Assembly (NCBI GenBank): GCA_051313645.2
Contig: JBNRSN020000010.1
Location: forward strand, 9,362,001 to 9,426,000
Length of the DNA: 64,000 nucleotides
Reading direction: 5' to 3'
DNA from: Centroscyllium fabricii
Taxonomy: Eukaryota
The notes under the pieces were generated by a model. It was given only the letters and a program-made list of their open reading frames with translations. It was not told where the DNA came from and searched no databases. A program made the translations under genes and the position numbers. Shown one piece after another: positions 24,956 to 38,344 of this stretch. Position 1 is the first letter of the stretch; each line of letters begins with the position of its first letter.

Positions 24956-26405
24956 AGTAGTCCCTCTCCCTCAGGGAGATATCTGTTCACTGACTGTGTC
25001 TCTCTCCCCCAGGGAGATATCTATACACTGACTGGTGTATCTCTCTCGCTAAGGGAGATATCTGTACTGTGACTGGTGTCTCTCAGTCCCTCTCGTTCAG
25101 GGAGGAAACTCTACATTGATTGGTGTCTCAGTCCCTCTCCCTCGCTGAGGACAGTGACTGAGCGAGATATCCGTACCCTGGCTGGTATCTCTCTGTCCCT
25201 CTCTCTCAGCGGGGTATCTGTACAATGAATGGCGTCTCACATTCCCTCTCCACAGGGAGATAGCTTTACACTGACTTGTAACTCTATCCATCGGAGTTAT
25301 CTGTACAATGATTGGTGTTCCTCTCCCTCAGTGTGATATCTGTACACTGACTGGTATCTCTCATTCCCTCTCCCTCAGTGAGATATCTGTACACTGACTG
25401 GGGTCTCTCAGTTCCTCTCTCTCAGGGATATACCAGAGCACAAACTTGTCTCACAGTCCATATCTCAGCGAAATATCTGCACAGAATCTGGTGTCTGAGT
25501 CCCTCTCTTTCCGCGAGATATCTGCACACTGACTGTTGTGTCTCAGTCCCACTCCCGCAGGGCAATATCTGTACACTGACTGGTTTCTCAGTCCCTCTAC
25601 CTCAGGGAGATATCTGTACACTGACTGGTGTCTCAGTACCTCTCTCTCAGGGAGATAGCTATGCACGGAGTGATGTCTCTCTCCTTCAGGGTGATATCGG
25701 TACACCTACTGGTGTCTATCCGTCTCTCTCCATCAGGGAGATATCTGTAAACTGACCGGTGTCTCTTAGTCCCTCTCTCTCAGCTAGATATATATACACT
25801 GACTGATGTCTGTCTCCCTCAGGGAGAAATCTGTACACTGACTGGTGTCACTCACCCTCAGGGAGATATCTGTAAACTGACTGGTGTCTCTCAGTCCGTC
25901 TCCCTCTGTGAGATATCTGTACACTGACGGATGTCTCTCCCTCAGGGAGATATCTGTAAACTGACTTGTGTGTCTCAGTCCCTCCTTCCCATGTAGATAT
26001 CTGAACACTGACTGGTGTCTCCCAGTCCCTCTCTCCCATGGATATTTGTGAACTGACTGATGTCTCTCAGTCCATCTCTCTCTCAGGGGGATATCCTTAC
26101 ACTTACTGGCGTCTCTCAGTCCCTCTCTCTCAGGGGGTAGCTGTACACTGAATGGTGTCTCTTAGTCCCTCTCTCAGGGGAATATGTGTACACTGGCTAG
26201 TGTATCTTAGTCACTATCTCTAAGCGAGATATCTGTAAACTGACTGGTGTTTCTCAGTCCCCTTCCCTCAGTGAGATATGTGTACACTGACTGTTGTCGC
26301 AGTCCCTCTCTCCCAGTGGATATATGTACACTGACTGGTGTCTCTCAGTACTTCTCTCTAGGCGGATATGTTTACTCTGACTTTTGTCTCTCAGTCACTC
26401 TCTGT
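24955..26405. repeat. Minisatellite, ~40-48-bp unit gggagatatctgtacactgactggtgtctctcagtccctctc(c)ctca
   Basis: Roughly 30 head-to-tail degenerate units. Confidence 0.92.
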
Positions 26406-26499
26406 CATCAGCAGAGATACAGTCAGCAACACAGGGCGCTGGGTGTAAGAGATTTACTGAGTGACAATGTGAGGGACGTTAATAACATGTTACTTGTAT

Positions 26500-27842
26500 A
26501 ATAGAACATACAACATAGAACATAGAACATACAGCACTTTACAGGCCCTTGGGCCCTCAATGTAGTGCCGCCCCTAGTCCGTCTCTGATTTTTCCTGTCC
26601 CCCCTACTGTTCCTTCCCCTCCATGTACCTGTCTATCATCCTTTTAAAAGCACCCAGACTGTCCGCATCCACTATTTCAGATGGTAGCCTATTCCATTCC
26701 CCGACCACTCTCTGTGTAAAGAACTTGCCCCTGCCATCCCTTCTGAATCTTCCTCCTTGAATATTGTGCTCGTGTCCTCTTGTTGTCGTTCTTCCCGCCC
26801 GGGGAAACAGTCTTTGCACGTTTACTCTATCGATCCCCTTCATCATTTTAAACATCTCTATCAAGTCCCCCCTCTTCCTTCTCCGTTCCAGGGAGAAGAG
26901 TCCCAGTTCCCTTAACTGTTCCTCGTATGACTTTCCCCCCATTCCCGGCAGCATCCTGGTGAATCTCCTCTGCACACTCTCCAGCGCCTCCACATCCCTC
27001 CTGTAGTACGGTGCCCAGAACTGCACACAGTACTCCACGTGTGGTCTCACCAGTGACCTGTACAGCTGCACCATGACCTCCCGGTTCTTAAACTCTATTC
27101 CCCTGTTGCTGAAGGCCAATACACCATAGGTCTTTTTTACTGCCTTGTCCACCTGGGTGGCAGCCTTCAGTGATCTGTGTACAATTACTCCCAGATCTCT
27201 TTGCTCCACTGCTTCACTCAGGACCCTGCCGTTGACCCTATATTCCCTCTTCCTATTTGCCCTACCGAAGTGCATCACCTCGCATTTCCCCGTGTTGAAC
27301 TCCATTTGCCATTCTTCAGCCCAGCTCTGCATCCTATCTATATCCCTCTGAATCTTTCTACTTCCTTCCTCCTCATCCACTTCTCCCCCAATCTTTGTGT
27401 CATCCGCAAATTTGCTGACCCACCCCTCAGTCCCCTCCTCCAAGTCATTGAAGAAGATTACAAACAGTAGTGGCCCCAACACCGACCCCTGTGGTACCCC
27501 ACTGGTGACCGGTCTCCAGCCCGAGTATTGGCCTTCTACCACTACCCTCTGCTTCCTCTGAGCCAGCCAGTTCTCAATCCATCCCACCACTTTGTTGCTT
27601 ACCCCGCAACTCCTTACTTTCTTCATGAGCCGACCGTGCGGGACCTTGTCGAACATCTTGCTGAAGTCCATATATATGACATCAACCGCCTTTCCCTCGT
27701 CCACACTCTTGGTCACCTCTTCAAAGAATTCTATCAGGTTGGTCAGGCACGATTTGCCCTTAACGAATCCGTGCTGACTGCTTCTGATGAATTCGCCCCT
27801 TTCTAGATGGTCGTAGATCCTGTCCCTCAGTATCCTCGACAG
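26500..27842 (-). mobile_element. Young 5'-truncated CR1 LINE with an uninterrupted RT domain
   Basis: ORF 26604-27857: QHGF, YMDFSK, GVPQGSVLGPLLF, FADD, YCVQFWAP; (GTTCTAT)n tail. Confidence 0.95.
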
Positions 27843-28299
27843 TGAAGACCGATGCACATTACTGCAATGTTTCTCAACTTATTAATATTTTAGTCATTCT
27901 TGGCTGTGTTTTATATGCTGTCCAAATTCTGAACGCCAAACATATTTGCACAATTATATGCTTTTTCTTTAAGTTAATAATATCTTTAACTTTTTTAGTT
28001 AAACACGGATGGTGGGTACCCCCTTGGAATTTGACTCTCGTTGGAATTTCTATTTTCGGTGTATTCTAAAATATCTCCGTAAATATCTGCCACACCGTCT
28101 CTATTGACATATCCCTTAACGTAACATCATAGAATAGAAATGGGATGTTTTTAAGACCATGATCAAAAATGTTGAAAACAAATATGAACCCAAAGTCAAA
28201 AAGAAGAAAATGTAATCAGAAAATGCCAAGGCGGCTGACTGGCTCACGGATTGTATACAACTGTGGAAGCAATGGGAAAAGCCTTTTCACTTGTGAAGA

Positions 28300-28742
28300 G
28301 TGGGAGAACTCTCAAACTCTGTATTGGGCCATTGAAGAGTGTTCAATGACTTATTGCAAAGGTCTCACTGGGTATGGCGGAACTGTGAAATGAGTACTTT
28401 TCATCGGTCCTCACCCTTGAAGATGATGCTCCACTATTAGATTTGATCAAGTTTACTAATAAAACCAGTATTAATATAGGTGAACAGATTGTTTTAGGAA
28501 GAATCAAGAACTTGAGAATAGATGGTGCAGCCGTGACGGACAATAGCCACTCGGCAGTCCACAGGGCGATGGGATATGTGTTGGCCAGCCCCTAGCCTGT
28601 ATTTCCAATAGCTCACTGCACGCTGGAATGGCTCCTCTAGACTGGAAGGAGGGTAATGTAGTCTCCATCATTAAAAAAGTTGACAAATCAGACCCGGGTA
28701 ATTATAGGCCCATTAGTTTAACATCAGTAATATGTAAAAGAA
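28300..28742 (+). mobile_element. CR1 fragment (pre-RT region)
   Basis: PLDWKEGNVVSIIKKVDKSDPGNYRPISLTSV. Confidence 0.8.
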
Positions 28743-29009
28743 CAAAAACCATGAAACCATCTGGTTCACTATCTGAAAGCAGGGAGATAAAAGCGTGGCT
28801 TCAGCATGAGGACAGCGGGGCAGAAAGAGAGAACGGACTGGAGACAGTTATTAAGTTGGATTGACTTGGCTTACAACGATCTAATGCACTCTCTCCTCCA
28901 AAATTGTGAGCTTGCGTAGATCAGCCCGTCCTCCTCACGTGCGTTGCCGCTGCCGCCTGTTATGAGAGGGCTTGGCCTGCTAGAGAAAGGACAGCGTCTT
29001 AGTGAATGT

Positions 29010-29240
29010 GAAGCCATTAGCCTCCCATAGTTGTATAGCCAATAATGCATTCAGCCATAAGCTGGGCTTGTCTGATGCGCCTCCCATAAATTAATAGCCC
29101 TTAATGTATGCAGTCATGCGCTTGCCTGATGTGTTTCCCATAGTTGAATAGCCCATAATAAATGCAGCCACATGCTTGCCTGATGTGCCTCCTGTAGTTG
29201 AATAGCCATTAATGTACACAGCCATGTTTGAGCTACATAG
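29010..29240. repeat. Short tandem repeat, about 4 units of ~55 bp
   Basis: Recurrent cctcccatagttgaatagcc...cagccat...gcttgcctgatg. Confidence 0.7.
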
Positions 29241-30419
29241 GTGTCACGGGTTATGGGGAACAGGCAAGTAAGTGGAGTTGAGGCAAAGATCAGTTCATTC
29301 ATGAATTTATTAAATGGGGGAGCAGGATCGACGGGGATAAATGGCCGACACCTGCTCCTATTACGAATGTCCTTGTGTAAATATATACCCGCACGCACTG
29401 AATTGCACACACGCTCACACACTGAAATATGCACACCCACAGACAATGCAATATACACCCGCACACACTGAAATGCAAACAGGATCGCTTTATAATTCAT
29501 ATTTCTTGAAATATCTACATCTCTCACTTTGAATTTCTCAGCTTTCTCGCAATCTCTCCCACTGCTCCATGCTCACTCTGAATCTCTCACAGGCTGATAA
29601 TTCCAGAGACACCGTTTAAATGCGAAATTTAGAAAACTAAACTTAAACACAACTTTCTCCAAATACACGAACGATTGAGAATTGACTGTACACATCCTCA
29701 TTCGCAGCCTTGATTTCTGTATATTGCCATGTATTATGTGTTTGCAAATTTGAAGAGACTGTCAGACACAGTTTCACTGCCCCAGGGGGGTTACAGTCAA
29801 GCAGAGAGAGAGAAGCATTCGCATCACCCACTGAATGAATCAATGAAACATGAATCCAGCCAGGTGAATTAAAAGGTGTCCCATATTATTCCAAAAGCTC
29901 CATATTAGATACAAATTCAATATTTCACAGATCGAGGGAAAACCAGACACTGATTTTATCTAAGTCCAGAAACTAAGCTCAATATTTTAATGTAAAGGGT
30001 GTCATCAGAACAAAGCCAGGTAAGGCACCGATCCCCTCAAATGCAGAACCATACAGCCATATGGGTTAGCTACAGAATAAAGTTGTAATGGATCGAATTG
30101 TCGCAATGTAACTGTACGGAACATTTGAAATGTAACGGGCATGAAACACACGAAGCTGAAATGCAATTTATTGCACCTGGACTGTACGATATGAACTATG
30201 ATCTGTATGTAATTTATTTGAATTGTACTGAATTTGAACAAAATTTTAAACCTGAATTCACTGGGCAGTGATCAGGAGAAAGACGGCTGGCTGATTTCCC
30301 CTCTCTCTCTGACCCAGGGGTCACTGGGCAGTCATCAGGAGCAGGAACCCTGGGTGATTTCAACTCAAACACAGGTGTCAGTGGATAGTGATCAGGAACA
30401 GGATTAGTTTGTGATTGAA

Positions 30420-31865
30420 CCAGGGCTATGGGGAGTGAGTGTGGCAGTGGGATAATGTTGTGATCGATAAAGGGCCATGCGGAGAAATGAGGGCAGTGGC
30501 ATTAGTTTGGGATTGATGCAGGGCTGTAGGGAGAAAACGGGGCAGTTGGCTTAGTTTAGGACTGAAACAGTATTATCGGTATAGTGCGGGTCAGCGGGCT
30601 TAGATTGGGATTGATACAGAGCTATGGGGAGAGACTGGGGCAGTGGCATTTGTTTGTGATTGATACAGGGCTATGGGGAGATAGCGGGACAGACGGCTTA
30701 GTTTGCGATTGATACAGGGCTATGGGTGAGAGCGGGGCAGTTGGGTTAGTTTGGGAATTTGGTACAATGCTAGGGAGAGTGAATGGGGCAGTGGAATTTG
30801 TTTGGGATTGATACAGGGCGATGGGGTGAGAGTGGAGCAGTGTAGTTAGTTTGTGATTGATACATATCTATGGCGAGAGGGCGGGACAATGTGATTAGTT
30901 TGGGAAGTGATACAGTGCTGTGGGGCGAGAGAGGGGCAGGTGGATTAGTTTGGGATTGTTACAGGGCTATAGGGAGAGAGCGGGGCTGTGGGATTAGTTT
31001 GGGACTGATAAAGAGGTACGATGTGAGAGCGGGGCATTGTGATTAGTTTGGGACTGATACAGGGCTATGGGGGGAGCGGGGAAGTGGGATTAGCTTGGGG
31101 TTGATACAGGCCGATGGGGGGGAGAGAGGGGCAGTGGGGTTTGGTTGGGATTGATTGAGGCCTCCGGGGAGAGAGCGTGGCAGTGAGATTAGTTTGGGTT
31201 TGATACAGGGCTGTAGACAGAAAGTGGGCAGTGGGATTAGTTTGAGATTGATAAAGGGTTTATGAGGAGAGCGGGGCCGTGGGATTAGTTTAGGATTGAT
31301 ACAGGGCTATGCTGCGAGCGGGGCAGTGGGCTTAGTTTGGAACTGATTCAGGGTTCTGGGGAGAGAGCCGGGCTATGTGATTTGTCTGCGCTTCACACAG
31401 GCCTATGGGCATAGAGAGTGGTAGTGAGATTAGTTAGCGATTGATACAGGGCTATGGGGAAATGGCGGGGCAGTGGGATTAGTTTGGGAATTGATGCAGG
31501 GCTATGAGGAGAGTGGGCAGTGGGATTATTTTGCGATTGATACAGGGCTATGGGGAGATAGCGGGAAGTGTTAATAGATTGGGTCTGATACAGGATTATT
31601 TGAAAAAAGCGGGGCAGTGGGATTATTCTGGGATTGATACAGGACAATGGGGAGAAAGCAGGGCAATGCGATTAGTTTGGGACTCATACAGTTCTATGGC
31701 GAGAAATCAGGTCAAAATGATTAGTTTGGGTTTGACACGGGGCTATTGGGAGAGAGCAGAGAATTTTGATTCGTTTGGGATTGATACAGGGCTATGGGGA
31801 GATACCAAGGCAGTGGGATTAGTTTGGGATGGATGCAGGGCTTTGGGGAAAGTGCGGGGCAGTTT
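30420..31865. repeat. 49-bp G-rich minisatellite gggctatggggagagagcggggcagtgggattagtttgggattgataca
   Basis: About 29 tandem units; tgatacag recurs every 49 bp. Confidence 0.95.
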
Positions 31866-32444
31866 GGTTTCCATACGGCGATGGTCAAGCGAATCCCAGA
31901 CGCTGATTTTATACAACTCCAGAAAGTAAACTCAATCTAGTTGGGAGGGAGAGAGGGAAACAGAGTGTGTGTGTGTGAGAGAGAGAGAGAGGGGAGAGAG
32001 AGTCAGAGAGAATTCCACTTGCTTCCCTTATGCCCAGCATATGAATATTTCAGGGGGGGCTTTCCGAAGTCAAGTTAAAAACAGTGTCCCACCATTTGAC
32101 AGCAAAACATGTGATGAACAAACACGGATTATCTAGGAGAAACATCAGAACTTCTAGAGTTAGCTGCAGAGTATGTGACAGCATGCCATGACGCAGGAGA
32201 ACACATGAACACTGTAACTCACTGTCCCAATCTGGAACTCACAGTCACAATCAGATTGCAGTTAAAGCACTGTGACAAACTATTTACACTATATATCTAT
32301 TGATATTATTACTGCTGCTGTTATATATATTTTGTTGGTATTGCTCTAATATTACATCTACTAACGTGTTATTTTTGTATATTACAATGCTTTGGCAACA
32401 ACGGTTGATTACCATTCATGCCAATACAGCTATTTGAATCAGAA

Positions 32445-33274
32445 CTTGAGAGAGAGACAGAGAGACAGAGAATGAGGTAGAGACAGACGTGAGAGAGACA
32501 GACGCGAGAGAGACAGACGCAAGAGAGCGTCCACAAGAGAGACAGATATGAGAGAGCGACCGCGGGAGGGCGACCGCGAGCGCGCGACCACGACCGTGCA
32601 ACTGCGACAGTGCAACCACGAGAGAGCGTCAGCGAGAGAGCAACAGCGAGAAAGAGAGGCAGCGAGAGAGAGAGACAGCGAGAGAGAGAAGAGACAGCGA
32701 GAGAGAGACAGAGAGAGAGACAGGGAGATAAATTGTGAGAGAGGGAGAAATAGAGAGAGAGAAACAGAGAGAGAGGGACAGCGAGAGAGGGACAGTGAGA
32801 GACGGACAGAGAGAGAGGGAGACAGAGNNNNNNNNNNNNNNNNNNNNNNNNNNNNNNNNNNNNNNNNNNNNNNNNNNNNNNNNNNNNNNNNNNNNNNNNN
32901 NNNNNNNNNNNNNNNNNNNNNNNNNNNNNNNNNNNNNNNNNNNNNNNNNNNNNNNNNNNNNNNNNNNNNNNNNNNNNNNNNNNNNNNNNNNNNNNNNNNN
33001 NNNTGACAGGAAGAGAGAGAGATAGGGATAAATATACAGAGGGAGAGACAGAGACAGTGATAGAGAGTAAGGCACACACGGAGAGGGTGAGAGACAAAGT
33101 GAGCGAGACAGATAGACAGACGGAAATAAATAGACAGGGAGAGAGAGATAGGCAGAGAGAGCGAGAGAGAGAGAGAGAGAGAGGGACAGACAGAGAGACG
33201 GACACAGATATAAATAGAGAGAGACAGAGAGACAGAGACACAGACAGACAGAGGGAGAGAGTCACAGAGACAGC

Positions 33275-33308
<34 letters not shown>

Positions 33309-33610
33309 CAGACGGAGAGAGCCAGAGAGCCACACACAGAGAGCGACACAGAAAGAGCCACACAGAGAGAGCCACACAGAAGGAGCCAGACAGAGCGAGC
33401 CACACAGAGCAATCCACACAGATAGAGTCAAACAGAGAGAGCCACACAGAGAGAGCCACAGAGATTGAGCCAAACAGAGCGAACCACACAGAGAGAGTCA
33501 CACATAGAGTGCTAGGCAGAGAGAGCGACACAGAGAGAGAGAAAAAAGAGAGGGACACAAACATAGCGAGAGACACAGAGTGAGAGACAGAGAGAGAGAC
33601 ACACACACAA
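32445..33610. repeat. (GA)/(GACA)-rich low-complexity tract spanning an assembly gap
   Basis: Visible dinucleotide/tetranucleotide repeats. Confidence 0.95.
32828..33003. other. Assembly gap (176 N)
   Basis: Run of N. Confidence 1.
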
Positions 33611-33734
33611 AGATCAAAAAACAATAGACGACAAAAAAAAATGTTAATACATTGAAACGTGGCTACACAAAATCAAATTAATAAACACATTGTAATGATA
33701 TCGATTATTAAATATAAATTATATATTGGCGATT

Positions 33735-35440
33735 TTCTCTTGGTGGTGCTTCCCCACACATAGCTGCAGGTGTTAATGATTAGGCGGATGCTACCGGTGC
33801 CCAACGGACTGCCATGAATGGCAGCAATTGTGGAAGGCTGTTCGAGTTCGATCGTTGGGATCTTGAGCTGTCTAGCGAAGTTGATATCCATGAAATTTAC
33901 CACCGCTCCAGAATCCACAAAAGAACAGAGAATGTGTTGCTGATTCACACAAGAGAGAGAAGATTAGAGACAGACACCGGAAGATGCAGGCTCGAGAGTT
34001 GTGTTTGGATTCATCACTGTTCTCTCTCTGCTGGACGAGTCCTTGGTTTTCCTGCCAGCTCGGGGCAGGTATCACAGAAGTGTTCAAATTCTCAGCAGTA
34101 AATGCAGCTTCTCCCGCGCATCTGATACTCCGATTCAAATTGAGACAGTCGAGTTCGGCCAAGCTTCATGGGCTCCTCCGCGGTGATAGGTGGCCTTGGG
34201 CTCGGAGATGCCACATTGGGTAAGTCCCAGAGGTGCCTGGAAGCCGTCGCCTAGGTGCTGGCTTTGAGATCCAGCGGTGTGAGGAACGGGCGGTGGCATT
34301 ATCTTTGTCGCCCGCGGACACGATTGTCAATCTGAATTGCCACATTCATAAGAGCCTCGAGATCAGGTATGGATTCATTGGAGCCCAGCTCATCTTTGTC
34401 GTTCCTTGAAAGACCGTGAGAAAAAGTGGCAATAATTGCCTCCATATTCGAAAGATTCGCAACGGCGAGAATACGGAATTTTATGGCGTAGTTTGAAACA
34501 CTATGATTCCACTGATGCAGGTGTAGCAGTCTATTGGCCGCATCTCTCCCGCAGACTAGTTGGACGAAGACTCGCCTCATCTCCTCGGAGAACATCCGAC
34601 AGTGGGAGCAGGCAGGGGTCTGTCTCTCGCAAATGGCAATGGCCCAAGTGAGGGCTCTCCCACTGAGCAGGGTGCTGATCTACGCGACGCTAGTATGATC
34701 GGAGGGGAATCTGAAATTCTGGAGCACGAATGCCAGAGAACACTGCGTGAGGAAGCCGCAACACTTGCCAGAGTGACCGTCATATCATTTGGGAGCTCGA
34801 AGGTTTGGATCATTAGTATGTCGAGGATTAGCTGCTGGAAATTGTGCAGAGACCGCCTGCTGGTTGTGCCCGAGAGCCTCGGTTACGGAATGCAGGCTAT
34901 CACGAAATTACCTGCAGTTGTTGGGCATGCCTCTCGACCATGGCTTCCTGGCTCCTCAGGGCAAAGCGTGGTTGATTTATCTCCTGCCTTGTTTAGCTGG
35001 TTTCTACTGGGTCCATGCTGATGGCTCGGTCTTGCTGTGACTGGTGTGGTGGTGGACCCAGGTTCAGAACAATCAGCCAGATACCCAGAATGCAGTAAAA
35101 CGCAGGAGATACTTTACTCAAGCGTTCTTCATAGAACAGATCAAGTAAACATTTCAAGAAGCAAGAGGACATGCACACATCTGTGACTTTCAGGCACGAG
35201 ACTTCATGACGAAGTGACTGGGGCTCGAAATAGTTGGCTTAAATACCAGGCCTGACTACTTCAACAAGATTATTACTTTAATGAGTCACAGGTGAGGAGA
35301 GAGTGACTGAGATTTGGCAGGATGGTACAGAAGCATCCCCAACTGCCCTCTGGTGGCTGCCAGGGAAACGAGTAGCTGGAATCCTGACACATTCCTTCTT
35401 GGAATTAGATTGTTGGCTTTCTGTTGCTGTTCATTCAAAC
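33735..35440 (-). mobile_element. Degraded Gypsy 5' portion (LTR, gag, zinc knuckle, protease)
   Basis: Gag (FSEEMRRVF...SVSNYAIKFRILA...AIQIDNR), broken CxxC knuckle, protease FVDSGAVVNFMD; LTR end ...tcaca at 35036 followed by the gag ATG. Confidence 0.85.
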
Positions 35441-36455
35441 GCTGCAGCTCCTTTCCATTGAGAGCCTCCAGCCATTCCATCATGTCTCTCAAAAATTGAG
35501 GCGAGATTACCGATGAACAATTTCTAACTGATTCTAAGTTGATAGGATGGTTCAATTATTATTTAGAACAAATAAAACGATAATTTCCAAAGAGCATTTC
35601 TGAATATCTGCAAATATTCAGCCAAAGACTACAATGCTTAACATCACCTTGATTTTAACTGATTTCAGCTATTGTATTTAACACGTCATTTGCAACTGCT
35701 GTAACAGTTAATAATGTTAGATTAAACATTAATTCTTACTTTCCTTAACATTTGTTTGGTAGCCTGATTGAGACAGAATAGCAATAATATTAACCATGTT
35801 AATTTTATCGACTGCACTGAGCAAGAGCAGATTAAATGTTGTGCTGAATGAGAGATACCAGTCAGCGCAACATCTAGATTTTAGTTCTGTATATGGGTCA
35901 AAAAAGTGAAAGGTCACATCGATGAGCCGAGTTCAGAAAGTTTCCTCCATTCGAACAGGTGAAAAGTTACCACTCCATTTGCCAATGAGGAGTGGAGCCT
36001 GATAGAGAGTCCTGCACCTACACTATCCACATGAAACCGCAAGGAAAGTTACCAATATCGGCGATCGCTAGACCTTTGACTGCTTCGACAAATAATTAAT
36101 CTGTATTGATGATTTTAAACTGGCGCGCCCACTCCCAGTGCCTGCAACGACCCTTGGAATAATCTGTTACCAACATTTCCGACTCCACTGCTGAACAATC
36201 AACATTGTTATCTATTATCCTTGACCTTGAAATGTGCTAAATTTTCAGGAATAGCTTATGTTTACACAGCAGAAGCACCGTAAAAACGAAAGCAATGCAG
36301 ACATCAAACGAATGCTGCCACAATGGGAAAAAAATTACAAAATAAGTCACCAATTTTTCACTATTCCAGAATGAAGGACGTTCTACGGTGGAAAATACAT
36401 TAATATTGAGTTACAGTTAAAAAGAAGCTGTCGCTGAAACTGATTCGTCTTACTC

Positions 36456-37360
36456 TCATTTTCTATCTATTCTCAGAATTAGTGTCCAGGGAGATTTCAT
36501 CAAATTCTTCAGCTCTGCTCTGAATTTGCTCTGCGTTGCTGCATAAATAAACGTGTTTTGAAAGCAACTCAAAAACTTCAACAAAGCTCCTGTTTCAGTG
36601 GCGATGTATCCAGGATTTGTGTGGTCGCCTCGGTAATTAATGGTGCTTGTCTGTCTCGTAGTGACCAAACTCACCGCATTTGTCAGCCAGAACAGTATAA
36701 AACTGCCTGAAATCATGAACAATAAAATGATGGATTTCCTTCGGTTCTCCATCTCGGTATCGCTGAGATTCTCACTCCTGTGACCGCGGAGTTCCCGGCG
36801 GGATCTGCTGGCCCCTAAAATACGTCGAACAGTTAAAGAATTAAACAAGGCGATAAAAGTAAAAGGAATCCAGAGAAGCCAGGCGCTGTGAAACCAGACA
36901 TACGCTATGCCTGGAGAAGAGGTAAAAAAAGCTACACTTGATCTGCAGCCCAAATGCACCTTATTAATTATTTGCTCAGATTCAAATGCAAACAAAACGG
37001 GAATGTCCTTAAAAAATATGAGGACCGTGAACGCTATTATAACCACGACCGCAGATCTCTCGGTGCAATACTTTGATTTTAACCTATCGCAGCAGATAAC
37101 TACAAATCGGTCAAATGTGAAGGAGACAGTAAACCAAACAGACAGATCAAGCGTGACAGCAGCCAAGTATAGGATTAACTTACACACGGGAGTATGGAAC
37201 AGGAAGGAAAGTGGAAAGTGATAACTAAAAATATGATACACTATTATGTTTATGATCATGACCATTAGATCTGCTGCTGCCATGGCCTCCATGTAGACGG
37301 AGATACACTTGGAAAGGCCGCAATTTCCTCGGGAGATAATCGCGATTGTCAACAGGTTCG
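36456..37360 (-). CDS. Orphan class-A GPCR, GPR139/GPR142-like, copy 2, exon 2
   Basis: Open frame with FTFDRF, NTFIY, SKFR; acceptor tcttacag|cg; spliced product 324 aa. Confidence 0.93.
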
Positions 37361-37824
37361 CTGTAAGAAAGAGAGAGGAGAAAAATAATGTTCCAGTGTC
37401 TGATTGAAATGTATAGGGCGATAACTGCGGAGAGCATTTGACTCCATTCAGTGTGATTATCAATATGGAGCAGTGTGATAACAGGATTAGCATTGTATCC
37501 ATTACCTGGGAAACGTAATCTCACATTGTAATTTGATACAGCAGCGCTCACTCTGCACGGTGGCGTGGGGGCAGGGAGGGTCGCAACGGCTGTCCGAAAA
37601 ACCGTCAAATTCTTTGCGTAGGTTCGTCAAAGAACACTTTAACATCAGCGAGATTTTTGGATGAAGGGAAGCACCGAAAGATTGTAAAGGCGATTCAAGA
37701 GTTGGTTACAATCATAACGGACTGTGCAATACTGAGATTTTGTAAACAACTTACCTTTTCTTTGGTAGGCTGAAATGGTGTACTGTTAATCCTGAATAAC
37801 AATAAAAATATTATAATATCTCAC

Positions 37825-37894
37825 CGGGGATTCCGACGGCTGCGAGTATCGGGTAAACAATCTCTGTTATCAGTAGCATAGTAGGTTGACACAT
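37825..37894 (-). CDS. GPR139-like GPCR copy 2, exon 1
   Basis: MCQPTMLLITEIVYPILAAVGIP plus G|gtgag; 70 bp like copy 1. Confidence 0.9.
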
Positions 37895-37969
37895 TTTCGA
37901 TGCATATGGTTGAATTCTGCGTCAGAGCTGAACGACTGACTAGCGCACGGCTGAGACCATGGAAGGCAA

Positions 37970-38032
37970 CCTATTTTCAACCGCATATCAATTCTCCAGA
38001 GAGTCAATCAGGTAAATTCATAATTAGCATTA
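37970..38032 (-). promoter_or_regulatory. Putative promoter of GPCR copy 2
   Basis: TAATGCTAATTA at 38021-38032 and TGATTGAC retained; TATA-like box altered. Confidence 0.5.
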
Positions 38033-38344
38033 GTTACAGTCATTTAACAAATAAACTCAGGTAAGATATTTTTATAGGACACGTCAGATTAGATGAAACT
38101 TTTGAAATGTTTAAGTGAATGTTTAATAAATTAAACAAAATTAAGACATTATTTACAATTAGAGACTTCAAGCTACCAGAACTGCTGCTGTCTATATTAC
38201 TACTGGAGCAGTGAAGGGATCCCCCCAAGCACTACACGTCCTGACACTACAGTTGACTCAGATTTATTGCTCCAACCCCTCCAGCATCGGCGGTGATCAA
38301 AACTTGCGGTATTTGTGCTGACCACAGTCATGCGTTATTAAAGG

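Noticed and set aside
24955-26405. CRISPR-like regular repeats (also 30420-31865 and 7590-8500)
   Set aside because: Head-to-tail degenerate minisatellites without unique spacers, in a vertebrate context with no cas genes
32369-33624. Long Ser/Leu- and Arg/Glu-rich ORFs
   Set aside because: Translations of a GA microsatellite across an N gap
33735-35030. Domesticated gag gene (PEG10/RTL-like)
   Set aside because: Multiple frameshifts and stops with an attached LTR: a decayed retrotransposon
20996-35440. The two minus-strand Gypsy pieces as halves of one element
   Set aside because: Each has its own protease motif and the LTR sequences differ
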